A stretch of 55,137 nucleotides of DNA from contig JAZDKI010000002.1 in NCBI GenBank assembly GCA_043803165.1, positions 1 to 55,137 on the forward strand, read 5' to 3'. Both the position numbers and the translations under genes were made by a program. Each line of letters starts with the position of its first letter. Position 1 is the first letter of the stretch. Shown here in pieces: positions 18,329-28,322 of the stretch. Under the pieces are notes generated by a model. The model worked only from the letters and a program-made list of their open reading frames with translations, was not told where the DNA came from and made no database searches. This DNA comes from Candidatus Micrarchaeota archaeon. Lineage in GTDB: Archaea > Micrarchaeota > Micrarchaeia > Anstonellales > Bilamarchaeaceae.

Positions 18329-19024
18329 TCAGCCCGGGAGCACCTTGGTCTCCACTTCCCCGGCCGTCTGCTTGTTCAGTTTGTCGTAGAACTCGCCCTG
18401 CAGGCCGGCGAATATCTCGACGACCACGACCAGGTCCCCGCTCCCGAGCCACTGCTCCTTCTGGATGCCGTAGTTCTTGAGCGTCCCGTAGCATTTGTGG
18501 GCATAGGCCGCCGGCACTTTCACCGCTATCTTGAGCTTCTCGAACTTCATCGGGAGGATGGTCCTCATCGCCTTGACGACCTCCTCCATCTGCTCGCGGG
18601 GGTCCTTGAAGGGGTCCACATGGAATCTGGCCTGCTCCATAGCCTGCTCGAGCCTTATCTGGGTGTGCGGGGCCTTGGTGCGCGGGTCTATCGCCTCGCG
18701 CAATAATATGGCCAGGATCTGCTTGCGCTTCTCCTCCACCTTCTTCTTCCTCTGCTCGGTGGTGAGCTGGACCTCGCCGTTCCTGAGTATGAACTCCAAG
18801 ATGACGAAGATATCGCTCGTCCCGAAGACCTTCTGGATATCCGCGGGCTTGGCCTTCTCGCCCTTTTTGGCATCGGAATATATCTCCTCGGCCACCAGGA
18901 TGTTCTTGACGTCTGGTTTCCTGTGCTCCACGAAGGCGTACGCGTTGTCCGGGTCGACGTATAATTCGAACCTCTTGCCCTCCTTCTCATAAGATGCGAT
19001 TATCGCGCGATCCAGAGTAGTCAT
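18329..19024 (-). CDS. Ribosome maturation factor SBDS/Sdo1
   Basis: GKRFELYVDP, IYSDAKKG, VFGTSD, GEVQLTTEQR, DPRTKAPH. Confidence 0.95.
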   Translation of the reverse strand: MTTLDRAIIASYEKEGKRFELYVDPDNAYAFVEHRKPDVKNILVAEEIYSDAKKGEKAKPADIQKVFGTSDIFVILEFILRNGEVQLTTEQRKKKVEEKRKQILAILLREAIDPRTKAPHTQIRLEQAMEQARFHVDPFKDPREQMEEVVKAMRTILPMKFEKLKIAVKVPAAYAHKCYGTLKNYGIQKEQWLGSGDLVVVVEIFAGLQGEFYDKLNKQTAGEVETKVLPG

Positions 19025-19145
19025 ATCAATCAGCGATGCTCATTTCCGCGATAAAAAGATAAAAACGCATCGGGCGGGGCGGGTGGCGGGAAGGCAAGCA
19101 TTATAAAGTGTTTTATTCTGTTATAATAAGTATAATTTATTGTAA

Positions 19146-19673
19146 ATGAGGCATGCTATGGCGGTGGCGTTCGCAGAAAAATCATCCTCCTCCGATAAGA
19201 GGCGGGTCTCCCCGAAGGGGGTGCTTCACGAAGAGATAGCCTGCGCCATAAACGGGGATCGGGCCGCCCTCGAGCATACCCTCTCCAGCAGGAATGTACC
19301 CAAGGATCTCCGATGCGATGTGTTGGCGGATGTATCCAGGGGCGCGCAGAAGCTCTCAGAGACCCGGAGCGCCATCCGATGGACGGCCGGGGTGGGTGCT
19401 GTCCTATCGATAGCGTTTTTCCACCTGCTCAACTACCCGGATCATTCGCAGTCAGGGCAGCCTTACTCCGGTTTCCTCTCCTTGGCGGTCGGAATCAACC
19501 TGGTGGCATCCTCGATCAGTTTTGCCCTGGGGAAGGTCTGCTGCCGGATAAACGAACAGATATGGGCGCGAAAAGTCACAAAGATGCTATCGCAAGGCAG
19601 ATCCCCATCGGCCGATCCCTGTCCTGACGGTCAAGCCGGGCAGATGGCAGCGCAAACGGTGTTCTCCGAATGA
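19146..19673 (+). CDS. Hypothetical protein with two predicted TM helices
   Basis: ORF after an AT-rich promoter-like region. Hydrophobic segments WTAGVGAVLSIAFF and FLSLAVGINLVASSISFAL. Confidence 0.55.
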   Translation: MRHAMAVAFAEKSSSSDKRRVSPKGVLHEEIACAINGDRAALEHTLSSRNVPKDLRCDVLADVSRGAQKLSETRSAIRWTAGVGAVLSIAFFHLLNYPDHSQSGQPYSGFLSLAVGINLVASSISFALGKVCCRINEQIWARKVTKMLSQGRSPSADPCPDGQAGQMAAQTVFSE

Positions 19674-19732
19674 TTTCAAAAGATTTAAATAATTGGGGCG
19701 AGAGTTCATGTTAACTTCTTTGAGGTGGTATT

Positions 19733-20830
19733 TTGGCGGAGAATAATATTGACACTAAGACAGATGAGGCTAAACCGGCGTCCCAAGGCGCCCCTTTAAG
19801 CAATAGCATGATGTATGGGATAGCGGTCGTCATATTGGCGGGCCTGCTGGTGGTTTCTATCTTCACCCAGGGCTTCGGCCTGGTGAAGGCGGGCACCCCG
19901 GAGACCGCGGACAACCAGACCAGCGACAAGCTTTCGGATGCAATCCTGAAATCCAAGCTGGAATCCTATATCAACGACAACCTGCTCGACGCTGGATACA
20001 CGGCCGAAGTGACAAAACTCGAGCCGTTCGACAGCAACACCCTGCTCGCCAGCATCGACATCCTGCAGGGCACCTCGGTCCTCCAGTCAGCCCAGGCATA
20101 CATCACCAACGACGGCAAATCGATGTTCCTGGGGACCGCGATAAAGCTCGACGAGCCCCTCGATGACGGAAGCGCCGATCCAGGGACCGGCACCAGCACC
20201 CAGACCGCAGAGAAGGTGGAGCGGCCGAAGGCAGAAGCCTTCGTGATGTCGTATTGCCCCTACGGCCTGCAGTTCCTCAAGGCGTACGTGCCTGTGATGG
20301 AGCTTCTGGGCGATGAGGCGGATATAACCGTCAACTTCGTTGATTACGCGATGCACGGCAAGAAAGAGATCGACGGCAACAGCTACATCTACTGCGTGCA
20401 GAAGGAGGAGAAGGCGAAATTGCCCGCTTACCTCCGCTGCTTCCTAGAAAGCGGGGACTACTCCGCTTGCGTGGCCACGGCCGGCGTCGATGAGGCAAAG
20501 CTCGGCACCTGCATCACCGATCTTGATGCCGAGTTCAACCTGACCGGCCTCTACAACGACCAGAGCACCTGGGCGGGCGGACAGTTCCCGCCATACCCGG
20601 TCGAGTCTGCCTTGAACACTCAGTACGGCGTGCAGGGATCCCCGACATTCGTGCTCAACGGCCAGCAGGTCAGCGTGGGCAGGAGCGCGGAAGAGATAAA
20701 GCAGGCGATCTGCGGCTCGTTCATCACGCCTCCTGAGGAATGCGCCACCGCGCTTAGGAGCGAGCAGGAATCCGCAGGCCTCGGCCCAGTAGGCAGCGGG
20801 ACCTCGACCGGCGATGCCAGCTGCGGCTGA
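19733..20830 (+). CDS. Membrane-anchored thioredoxin-fold (DsbA/GILT-like) protein
   Basis: N-terminal TM helix, FVMSYCPYG, cis-Pro loop YGVQGSPTFVLNG, many Cys. GAGGTG RBS before the TTG start. Confidence 0.75.
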   Translation: MAENNIDTKTDEAKPASQGAPLSNSMMYGIAVVILAGLLVVSIFTQGFGLVKAGTPETADNQTSDKLSDAILKSKLESYINDNLLDAGYTAEVTKLEPFDSNTLLASIDILQGTSVLQSAQAYITNDGKSMFLGTAIKLDEPLDDGSADPGTGTSTQTAEKVERPKAEAFVMSYCPYGLQFLKAYVPVMELLGDEADITVNFVDYAMHGKKEIDGNSYIYCVQKEEKAKLPAYLRCFLESGDYSACVATAGVDEAKLGTCITDLDAEFNLTGLYNDQSTWAGGQFPPYPVESALNTQYGVQGSPTFVLNGQQVSVGRSAEEIKQAICGSFITPPEECATALRSEQESAGLGPVGSGTSTGDASCG

Positions 20831-20852
20831 TCCTTTTTTTTATCCTTCTTTT

Positions 20853-21383
20853 TCATTTTCCTTCTGCTTCAAAACTCGCCAGGACGGAATACTCCGGCCC
20901 GGTCGGCTTCAGGACGCTCTGCATGAGGTGGAAGTTTTTCACTTCGAATGAGCCGAAACCATCGTCCTTGTGCCTGGCCAGGAACGGCTTGGCATCTATC
21001 TTCTTCTTGACCCTCGCGATCGTCAGATGCGCGGTGAACCGTTCGTCCCCCCCGAAGCCCGAGAGCGCGCCCATCACGTCTTTGGCGAGCGCCTCGAGCT
21101 TCCCCCCGCTCTCGCATCCAGCCCACACCACCTTCACATAGTTCTCGTCCGGGAACACGCCGACACCCTTCAACCCGCATCGGAAAGCGCCGAACCGCAC
21201 CGCCCTCAGTCTCTGCTCCACATCCCCGACCCTCTTCTCATCCATCTCCCCCAAAAACCTCAGGGTCAGATGCATGTTCTCCGGTCTCACCAGGCTCACG
21301 CCGTCCTGCGCGAGCTCTTTGCCGAGCGCGGACACCTTCGCCAACAGATCATCCGGGACAGGGACCGAAACGAAAACCCTCAT
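20853..21383 (-). CDS. thpR: RNA 2',3'-cyclic phosphodiesterase (2H phosphoesterase, LigT)
   Basis: MRVFV start, two HxT motifs (HLTLRFLGE, AHLTIARVK), S.L.P.GP.Y. Confidence 0.93.
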   Translation of the reverse strand: MRVFVSVPVPDDLLAKVSALGKELAQDGVSLVRPENMHLTLRFLGEMDEKRVGDVEQRLRAVRFGAFRCGLKGVGVFPDENYVKVVWAGCESGGKLEALAKDVMGALSGFGGDERFTAHLTIARVKKKIDAKPFLARHKDDGFGSFEVKNFHLMQSVLKPTGPEYSVLASFEAEGK

Positions 21384-21414
21384 AATAAAAAATAGCGCAC
21401 GATGATTAAAAGAT

Positions 21415-22638
21415 ATGAGCCAGCACGAGGTCTTCAGGGTCAGCGCCAAATCTGCCGACCTCACATTCACAGGAGGCGAGCTCAAGATAAAGGAGGCGGA
21501 CCAGTCTTCGGGGATAGCGGTCCGGGCCCTGCACGAAGGCAGGCTTGGATTCTCTTTCTGCCAGGACGAGGCCGGGCTGCAAGACGCTTTGGAGAGGGCG
21601 AGGAGGATGTCGCATTTCTCCGTGAAATCCGGTTTCTCGTTCGCCCCGGAAGCGCCCTATGATAAGCCGGATATCGTTGATCCGTCATTGGATCCGGAGA
21701 ACCTCGAAGAGCTCCGCGGGATAGTGGAGCAGGTGCGTGAAGCCGCTTCGATCAAGGGGGGCAGGCCCAGGGTGATCTCCCAGGTGCAGAAGGCAGAGGT
21801 CTCGATATCCAACACATCCGGCCTGGAGGGGGGATACGAAAAGACATCATTCTCCATCTACGCTGAATGCATGAACAACAACGGGTTCGGCATGTCGTTT
21901 TCCGCCTCATGCAGGAAGCCCGCCGATATCATCATGCACGGGTCAAAAGCGGCCGAGATGGCCCTCGCCACGCAGAACGCGGGCAAGCCCGAGAGCGGGG
22001 CATACATCATCGTCATGGAGGTCCAGGCCCTCGAGAGCCTGATCGAGACGCTGCTCCCATCGCTATCCGGCGACTGGAGGAGGAGGAAGACGACCAAGCT
22101 CAGCCTGGGGGAAAAAGCGTTCTCCGATACGCTCACGATCAGCGAAGACGGGCTCTCTCTTGCCGCAGGGGCAAGGCCCTTCGATGACGAAGGCACGCCG
22201 TCAGCGCGATGCGCCCTCATAGAAAAGGGGATCGTGAAATCCTTCATGTACGACCGCGAGACCGCCGCGCTAGATGGGGTAGAAGAATGCGGCATGTGCA
22301 ACCGGAACTCCTACGATTCGCCCCCGTCCATCGGCTCCTCGAACCTGGTCATCTCCCCCGGATCATGGAAGAGCCTGGGCGAGCTCGACCGCTTCATCGA
22401 GGTGCATCACGCGCACGGCTCGCACACCGCGAACGTCACGACCGGCGATATCGGCCTGGAGGTGAGCGCCGCGTTCATGGTCGAGAAAGGGAAGAGGAAG
22501 CCGGTGAAAGGCTTCATGATGAGCGGGAACATCTTCGACATGTTCAAAGGCATAGAAGCCATCGAGGATAAGCAGCAGACCGTCGGCTCATTGATATCGC
22601 CCCGGATCGCTTTCCGGAACGTGCGCATAATCGCATGA
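21415..22638 (+). CDS. TldE/PmbA family protein
   Basis: GIAVRAL..GRLGFS, PFDDEGTP, LIEKGIVKSFMYD, N.TTGD, KPVKGFMMSGNIFD. No HExxH motif. Confidence 0.88.
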   Translation: MSQHEVFRVSAKSADLTFTGGELKIKEADQSSGIAVRALHEGRLGFSFCQDEAGLQDALERARRMSHFSVKSGFSFAPEAPYDKPDIVDPSLDPENLEELRGIVEQVREAASIKGGRPRVISQVQKAEVSISNTSGLEGGYEKTSFSIYAECMNNNGFGMSFSASCRKPADIIMHGSKAAEMALATQNAGKPESGAYIIVMEVQALESLIETLLPSLSGDWRRRKTTKLSLGEKAFSDTLTISEDGLSLAAGARPFDDEGTPSARCALIEKGIVKSFMYDRETAALDGVEECGMCNRNSYDSPPSIGSSNLVISPGSWKSLGELDRFIEVHHAHGSHTANVTTGDIGLEVSAAFMVEKGKRKPVKGFMMSGNIFDMFKGIEAIEDKQQTVGSLISPRIAFRNVRIIA

Positions 22639-22705
22639 GCCGGCCCTCCATCTGGCCACAGGGCAGGCCCGGTTTTTTATCCTTTGGTATCCATACTGAT
22701 GTCAG

Positions 22706-23842
22706 GTGCGACAAGTGAAAATCCTGATGGCGAACCCCTTCTTCTTCCCATATATGGGGGGCACGGAGAAGGTCATCTACGAGGTCGGCAAAAGGATCAG
22801 CGACTGCCATGAGATCACCATCCTCACAGCGAGGCTGGATAATACGCGCGAGGAGGAGGAGATCGGCGGGATGCATGTGATAAGGCTCCCGTCCAGGATT
22901 TTCGACACCGCGCCGCACCCGATACCCCCGCCCGTCCCGGTGCTCCATGGGACCGACCGCTGGATCAAGGCCTATGCCAAGGATTTCGACATCGTGCACA
23001 TACACAACCGCTTCGTGTTCAGCCCGGCGTTCGGCGCTGCGGTCAAGAAAGCCGGCAAGAAGCTGTGCCTCACTATCCACAACGCCCGCCCCAACGGCAT
23101 CGACCTCGCGACAGACATCTTCGGTTCCATGTTCGATGAACTGATAGCAAAGCGCCTCATGAACAAGTGCGATGCGATCGCGGGGGTGAGCGAATCGGCC
23201 CTTCGGGCGACGATCCCTTCCGGCTACAAGGGGATCGCGACCACGATCCATAACGGCATAGACCACCACCTCTTCAAGCCGTCATCCTCGCAGGTGTGGA
23301 AGGAGCGCCTGGGGATAAAGGGCAAGATGGTGCTCACAAACGCGCGCCTGGTCGAGCAGAAGGGGCTCAAGCACCTGATAAGATCCATGGAGAACGTGGA
23401 TGCGGACCTGGTCGTCTTCGGGCGGGGGCCGCTGCGCTCCGACCTGCAAAAGAGGGCGCGTTCATCCCGCGTCAGGGCGCATTTCGTTTCCGAGCGGATC
23501 AGCGAGGACGATCTGGTCTCGCTCTACAATTCCGCGGACTGCTTCGCTCTGCCCTCGTTATACGAGCCGTGCAGCGTCGCCCTGCTCGAAGCCATGAGCT
23601 CCGGCTTGCCCTGCGTCGTGAGCGATGCGGGGGGCACCCCGGAGCTGGTCCAAGACGGGAAATCCGGGATCATCGTGCCTGCGGGCGACCACAAGCCCCT
23701 GCACGCCGCGATTCACGGCGTATTGGAGGATCCGAAGCTCGCGCGGAGCCTGGGATATAGGGCGAGGGAGCGCATCCTGTCGGATTTCACATGGGACCAC
23801 GCGGCGGGGCGGTACCTGGACCTCTATTCCATGCTGGCCTGA
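22706..23842 (+). CDS. Glycosyltransferase family 4
   Basis: GGTE, IHNGID, ARLVEQKG, PSLYEPC..ALLEAMSSGLP.V.SDAGG. Confidence 0.93.
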   Translation: MRQVKILMANPFFFPYMGGTEKVIYEVGKRISDCHEITILTARLDNTREEEEIGGMHVIRLPSRIFDTAPHPIPPPVPVLHGTDRWIKAYAKDFDIVHIHNRFVFSPAFGAAVKKAGKKLCLTIHNARPNGIDLATDIFGSMFDELIAKRLMNKCDAIAGVSESALRATIPSGYKGIATTIHNGIDHHLFKPSSSQVWKERLGIKGKMVLTNARLVEQKGLKHLIRSMENVDADLVVFGRGPLRSDLQKRARSSRVRAHFVSERISEDDLVSLYNSADCFALPSLYEPCSVALLEAMSSGLPCVVSDAGGTPELVQDGKSGIIVPAGDHKPLHAAIHGVLEDPKLARSLGYRARERILSDFTWDHAAGRYLDLYSMLA

Positions 23843-23881
23843 GGAAAGGCATTTATATATCAGCGGCCCTAATTTTTCCTG

Positions 23882-25864
23882 ATGATCTCCAAATCCACCG
23901 CAGAGGTACAAGTGCCTGAGCGGATGATCGACCAGATAATCGGCCAGGACAAGGCCGTCGACATCATCAAGAAGGCCGCCAGGCAGAAGCGCAACGTGCT
24001 CCTGATCGGCCCCCCCGGCACAGGAAAGAGCATGATGGCGCAAGCCATGGCCGAACTCATGCAGAGCGAGCCGCTCGAAGACGTGCTCGTATATCCCAAT
24101 CCGAACAACGAGAACCAGCCCCTTGTGAGGATCGTCCGGACATATCCCGACAGCCCGTACCTGGCCAAGAACAAGCCGCTCGCCCAGCTTTATTCCCCCA
24201 AGGAGCTTGAGAGGATAAAGAAGGCGGACGCGGACAACACGCAGCTCGCCAAGACGCTCCGCACGGGATTGGGGAGGCGGATGATCTCCTTCCAGAAGCC
24301 CAAGGAAGAGACCCGGGGCCCATCATCCCTCCTGGTGATCGGGATCATCGGCCTCATACTTCTGGCGGTGATGTTCACAAGCGAGATAGCGGAGAACGTG
24401 AAGCTCCTGCTGATAGTGACTATCCTCGGCCTCGGGCTCCTCTATATCATATCCATGGCGACAGCCGGGCTCGGCCGGAGGCTGATGATAACCGAGCAGG
24501 CGACCCCGAAACTCATCGTGGACAACAGCGAGCTTTCCACAGCGCCTTTCATCGATGCCACAAGCTCGAGGGCGGGCTCGCTCCTCGGCGATATCAAGCA
24601 CGATCCCCTCCAGTCAGGTGGCCTTGGGACGCCGGCCCATCTCCGGGTCGAAGCTGGCGCGATACACCGCGCCAACAAGGGCGTGCTCTTCATCGACGAG
24701 ATCGCCTCACTGAAGCTCAACTGGCAGCAGGAGATACTCACAGCCATGCAGGAGAAAAGATACCCGATCACGGGCCAGAGCGAGATGAGCTCCGGGGCTC
24801 TCGTGAAGACGAACCCCGTGCCGACCGATTTCGTATTGGTCGCAGCCGGCAACCTCCCGGACATGGCCCAGATACACCCGGCGCTCCGCTCGCGCATCAG
24901 GGGGGCCGGCTACGAGGTATACGTTGAGGATTCGATCGAAGACACCCCCGAGAACGAGGAGAAATTGGTGCGCTTCATCGCCCAGGAAATCAAGAGGGAC
25001 GGCAAGATCCCGCATTTCGATTCCGAGGCCGTCTTAGAGATAATCGAGGAAGCGAGGCGCATGTCCGGAAGGCGGAAGCGCTTCACATTGAACCTGCGCG
25101 AACTCGGAGGCCTTGTCCGCGCAGCCGGGGACATCGCAAGGGAAAGGGGCATCAAGCTTGTGACCAAGGAAGAGGTCCTGGAAGCGAAAAAGGTGTTCCG
25201 CTCCATAGAATCCCAGTTGGGCGCCAAGATAATCGAGCATAAGAAAGAATACCAGACAGTGGTCACGACAGGCGCTGAGGTCGGCCGTGTGAACGGCTTA
25301 GCTGTCCTTGGCGATTCACGTGCTGGATTGGTGCTTCCGATAGTCGCCCAGGCGACCCCTGCATCATCGAAAAGCGAAGGCCGGGTCATTGCTACAGGCA
25401 AGCTCGGTGTGATAGCCAAAGAGGCGGTGGACAACGTATCGGCCATCTTCAAGAGATACATCGGCACGGCTATCGCAAGGACCGACCTGCATATACAATA
25501 CCTCCAGACCTATGAGGGCGTGGAGGGCGACAGCGCATCCATCTCCACTGCGGTCGCAGTGATCTCAGCCATATCAGAGATCCCTGTCCGGCAGGAGGTC
25601 GCGATGACCGGCTCATTGGATGTCCGGGGCAGGGTGCTTCCTGTCGGGGGCATAACAGGCAAGATCGAGGCCGCGATAGACTCCGGGATAAAGAAGGTCC
25701 TGATCCCGGAGGCGAACGGGCAGGACGTCTACCTTCCAAAGGAGCGCGCGCAGATGATCGAGATAGTCAAGGTGACCGATATCGTCGGAGTGCTCGAGAA
25801 CGCCTTGGCTGATTGCAAAGAGAAGAAGGAACTGATGAAAAAGATGAAGTCTCAGGCTGGATGA
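23882..25864 (+). CDS. lonB: Archaeal membrane-bound Lon protease (LonB)
   Basis: GPPGTGKS, two TM helices inserted in the ATPase domain, [16 protein letters not shown], catalytic EGDSAS and GG.TGK. Confidence 0.95.
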   Translation: MISKSTAEVQVPERMIDQIIGQDKAVDIIKKAARQKRNVLLIGPPGTGKSMMAQAMAELMQSEPLEDVLVYPNPNNENQPLVRIVRTYPDSPYLAKNKPLAQLYSPKELERIKKADADNTQLAKTLRTGLGRRMISFQKPKEETRGPSSLLVIGIIGLILLAVMFTSEIAENVKLLLIVTILGLGLLYIISMATAGLGRRLMITEQATPKLIVDNSELSTAPFIDATSSRAGSLLGDIKHDPLQSGGLGTPAHLRVEAGAIHRANKGVLFIDEIASLKLNWQQEILTAMQEKRYPITGQSEMSSGALVKTNPVPTDFVLVAAGNLPDMAQIHPALRSRIRGAGYEVYVEDSIEDTPENEEKLVRFIAQEIKRDGKIPHFDSEAVLEIIEEARRMSGRRKRFTLNLRELGGLVRAAGDIARERGIKLVTKEEVLEAKKVFRSIESQLGAKIIEHKKEYQTVVTTGAEVGRVNGLAVLGDSRAGLVLPIVAQATPASSKSEGRVIATGKLGVIAKEAVDNVSAIFKRYIGTAIARTDLHIQYLQTYEGVEGDSASISTAVAVISAISEIPVRQEVAMTGSLDVRGRVLPVGGITGKIEAAIDSGIKKVLIPEANGQDVYLPKERAQMIEIVKVTDIVGVLENALADCKEKKELMKKMKSQAG

Positions 25865-26004
25865 ACGCCATCATTTTCACCTCTCGTAACGATATTTATT
25901 GATGCACAAGAAATAAAAAAGGCGGGTTATCCCAACTTCATGTCTAAACTAACATCATATCAGTATAATGCCCTATCATTTGCGAACCACTCAAGCAGTA
26001 TTCA

Positions 26005-27258
26005 CTATTCCCCGGACTTGAGGACCACGTTGTTCTCCACGGAGCTAATCGCCGAGATCGATATCGTATATCTCTTGTCGAATATCGTCTGGATGACCAG
26101 GTTGCCCTTCCTCGGGTCTATGCCGACGATCTTGCCCAGGTATGTGCCGTGCTCGGATATGGCCTCCTTGCCCTCGATCTTCATCTCGAGGAGTATCTCC
26201 TTGCGGTACCAGTTGACGAACGACGTCGCCAGGTATCCGAGCACCAGGGAAAGGGCGATGCAGAGCAGGAATGTCCCGAAGTCGATATACGGCTCGTTGA
26301 TGTTGACTATCCAGCTGCTCCCGACCAGGACGACGAAAGTGGCGAGGGCGCATGCGGCCGAATAGAGCATGTAATTCGTGATCCGGAACTTCTTCTTGTC
26401 GATCAGGGCGTCGATGCTCTTTCCCGCCAGGATCAGCAGGACCCCGGTGAAGAATATCCAGCTGATGCTCCCCACAAAGAGGGCGATCAATTTGTCGTTG
26501 GGGAGATTCAGCGCGATGCCCTTCTGGAGGGCCTGGTATCCGACGAATATCCCGATCAGGAATATCGCCGCGGAGCCGATGTAGCCGACCCAGCTCGTGC
26601 GCTCGAAAGAGAACCTGAAGTCTTTTAGCACATCGAGGAAAACCTCCTCCACCCCGTAGACGTGCAGAAGCGCATACAAGGCTACCACGAAGACGATGGG
26701 GAGCCAGCCCAGGCCAAGCTGCATCGATGCGGCCGTAAGCAGGAGGAGCAGGGCGGGTATCCCGATTATCGTCTTGGCGAAATGCGGGTCGCGCAGCTTC
26801 TCAAGGAGGACGAAATACGTCTTCTCGAGCTCTTTGGCCTGCTTTATGAACACGATCTTTGTCGAATCCACCTTCAGCCTGGACTTGATTATCGGCAGGA
26901 TCTCCTCATCGGAGGCCCCGTCTGAGACGAGGACGCAGGATGTGGGGTTGAACTCGGCGATTATCTTCTCCAATTGCCCGCTGATCTCGCGGTCTGCCTT
27001 GTAGCCGAGCTTCCGATCACCGGTCAGCGTCACCACCTCGACGCTGATGCCTTCCCCGCGCATCCGGTCGTACATCTTCACCGCATAGAAAATGGCATTG
27101 GAGTCCGGATCCTCAGGGTCGGCCAAGGCGAGCGCTGTCGCCCCCTCCAGGTTCCGCTCCCGTCCTACCAGAGGCCCGCTGATCTTGCCCTTCTCGAACA
27201 GGTCGTTGTCGCGGTCGATGCAGAGCACGAGTATCGGTCGCTTCATCGATACATTCAC
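26005..27258 (-). CDS. DUF373 family membrane protein with a C-terminal PRC-barrel-like domain
   Basis: LVLCIDRDNDL, LALADPEDPDSNA, VSDGASDE, multiple TM helices. C-terminus IEGKEAISEHGTYLGKIVGI. Confidence 0.82.
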   Translation of the reverse strand: MNVSMKRPILVLCIDRDNDLFEKGKISGPLVGRERNLEGATALALADPEDPDSNAIFYAVKMYDRMRGEGISVEVVTLTGDRKLGYKADREISGQLEKIIAEFNPTSCVLVSDGASDEEILPIIKSRLKVDSTKIVFIKQAKELEKTYFVLLEKLRDPHFAKTIIGIPALLLLLTAASMQLGLGWLPIVFVVALYALLHVYGVEEVFLDVLKDFRFSFERTSWVGYIGSAAIFLIGIFVGYQALQKGIALNLPNDKLIALFVGSISWIFFTGVLLILAGKSIDALIDKKKFRITNYMLYSAACALATFVVLVGSSWIVNINEPYIDFGTFLLCIALSLVLGYLATSFVNWYRKEILLEMKIEGKEAISEHGTYLGKIVGIDPRKGNLVIQTIFDKRYTISISAISSVENNVVLKSGE

Positions 27259-27331
27259 TCTTGCGGGGTTTATTAATCTTTTTTAAACACTTCCATTCCA
27301 TAAACAGTCCTCTTTGATTAGAGGAATTTCC

Positions 27332-28072
27332 ATGGACAAGAAGATAGTCCTTCCCGGGGATCACCTCTCGAGCGCCGAGGAATCCGAGCCCGGGGAGAAC
27401 ACATATTCGGAAAAGGACGAGGTCTGGTCATCCGCCTCAGGGGAGGACGTGAGCCAGCCCGGACGGGCGTCTGTCAAGACAAAAGGCAGGTCCATCACGC
27501 TCCCGCACGCCGGGATGCAGGTGTACTGCCTGATAACCAAGGCCGGCATGAACAAGGCGATAGCCGGATGCATACCGGTCGCCGAAGCCGAGAGCGGGCA
27601 CAGGGGCGTCGAGATCGAGGCTGTGCTTTCTGTCACCGCGATAAGGAACAGCTACGTCCGGGAGGTCCGCGACGAGGTCCGCGTGGGCGACATCATCAGG
27701 GCCCGCATCGACACCGTCGAGAAGACCGGCTACGAGATCACATTGAAGCCCAACGACTGCGGCGTGCTGGCGGCGTTCTGCCCCAGATGCAGGGTGCAGA
27801 TGGGCCGCGATGGGCCGCTATTCATATGCGGGAGCTGCGGATGGAAAGACCGCAAGAAGACCCCGCTCAAAGAAGGCGAAGCGCCCCCACCGGAGGAGTT
27901 CCGGGAGCGCAGGCGCGAATGGAGCCCGAGGCCGCCGCGGAGGGAAGGCGGGGGCCGCCCGCCGGATCGGCGCGGCGGTGGAAGGCATTTCGGCCGCAGG
28001 CCAGGACCAGGGGGGAAGGCCGGGCTCATACTAAGGAGGTTTTCAGATGGATGCCAAGGTTTTATCGAATGA
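27332..28072 (+). CDS. csl4: Exosome component Csl4 with an Arg/Gly/Pro-rich tail
   Basis: IVLPGDHL...EE..PGENTY, S1 domain RVGDIIRAR, zinc ribbon GVLAAFCPRC...CGSCG..RK. Adjacent to rpoL. Confidence 0.9.
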   Translation: MDKKIVLPGDHLSSAEESEPGENTYSEKDEVWSSASGEDVSQPGRASVKTKGRSITLPHAGMQVYCLITKAGMNKAIAGCIPVAEAESGHRGVEIEAVLSVTAIRNSYVREVRDEVRVGDIIRARIDTVEKTGYEITLKPNDCGVLAAFCPRCRVQMGRDGPLFICGSCGWKDRKKTPLKEGEAPPPEEFRERRREWSPRPPRREGGGRPPDRRGGGRHFGRRPGPGGKAGLILRRFSDGCQGFIE

Positions 28073-28322
28073 GAAGAACACGCTCGAGATGGAACTCACA
28101 GGGATGGACCAGTCGCTAGCCCAGCTTCTGGCCGAGAAACTGAACCAGGAGAAGGACGTGGAGTTCGCCTCATACAAGGTCGAGCACCCGCTCCTGGGCA
28201 ACCCCAAGCTATATGTCCGGACGAAGAAAGGGGAGCCGGCCAAGCTTGTCCTGGAGAAGCTCGACGAGATGAAAAAAGAGCTCCTGGGATTCAAAGAGCA
28301 GTTCACGCAAATCGTGAAATGA
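28047..28322 (+). CDS. rpoL: DNA-directed RNA polymerase subunit L (Rpo11)
   Basis: VEFASYKVEHPL..NPKLYVRT. AGGAGGT RBS. Confidence 0.94.
   Translation: MDAKVLSNEKNTLEMELTGMDQSLAQLLAEKLNQEKDVEFASYKVEHPLLGNPKLYVRTKKGEPAKLVLEKLDEMKKELLGFKEQFTQIVK

Noticed and set aside
23882-25864. Intein in LonB (a known intein host)
   Set aside because: The length (660 aa) is normal, and there are no intein terminal motifs or LAGLIDADG blocks.
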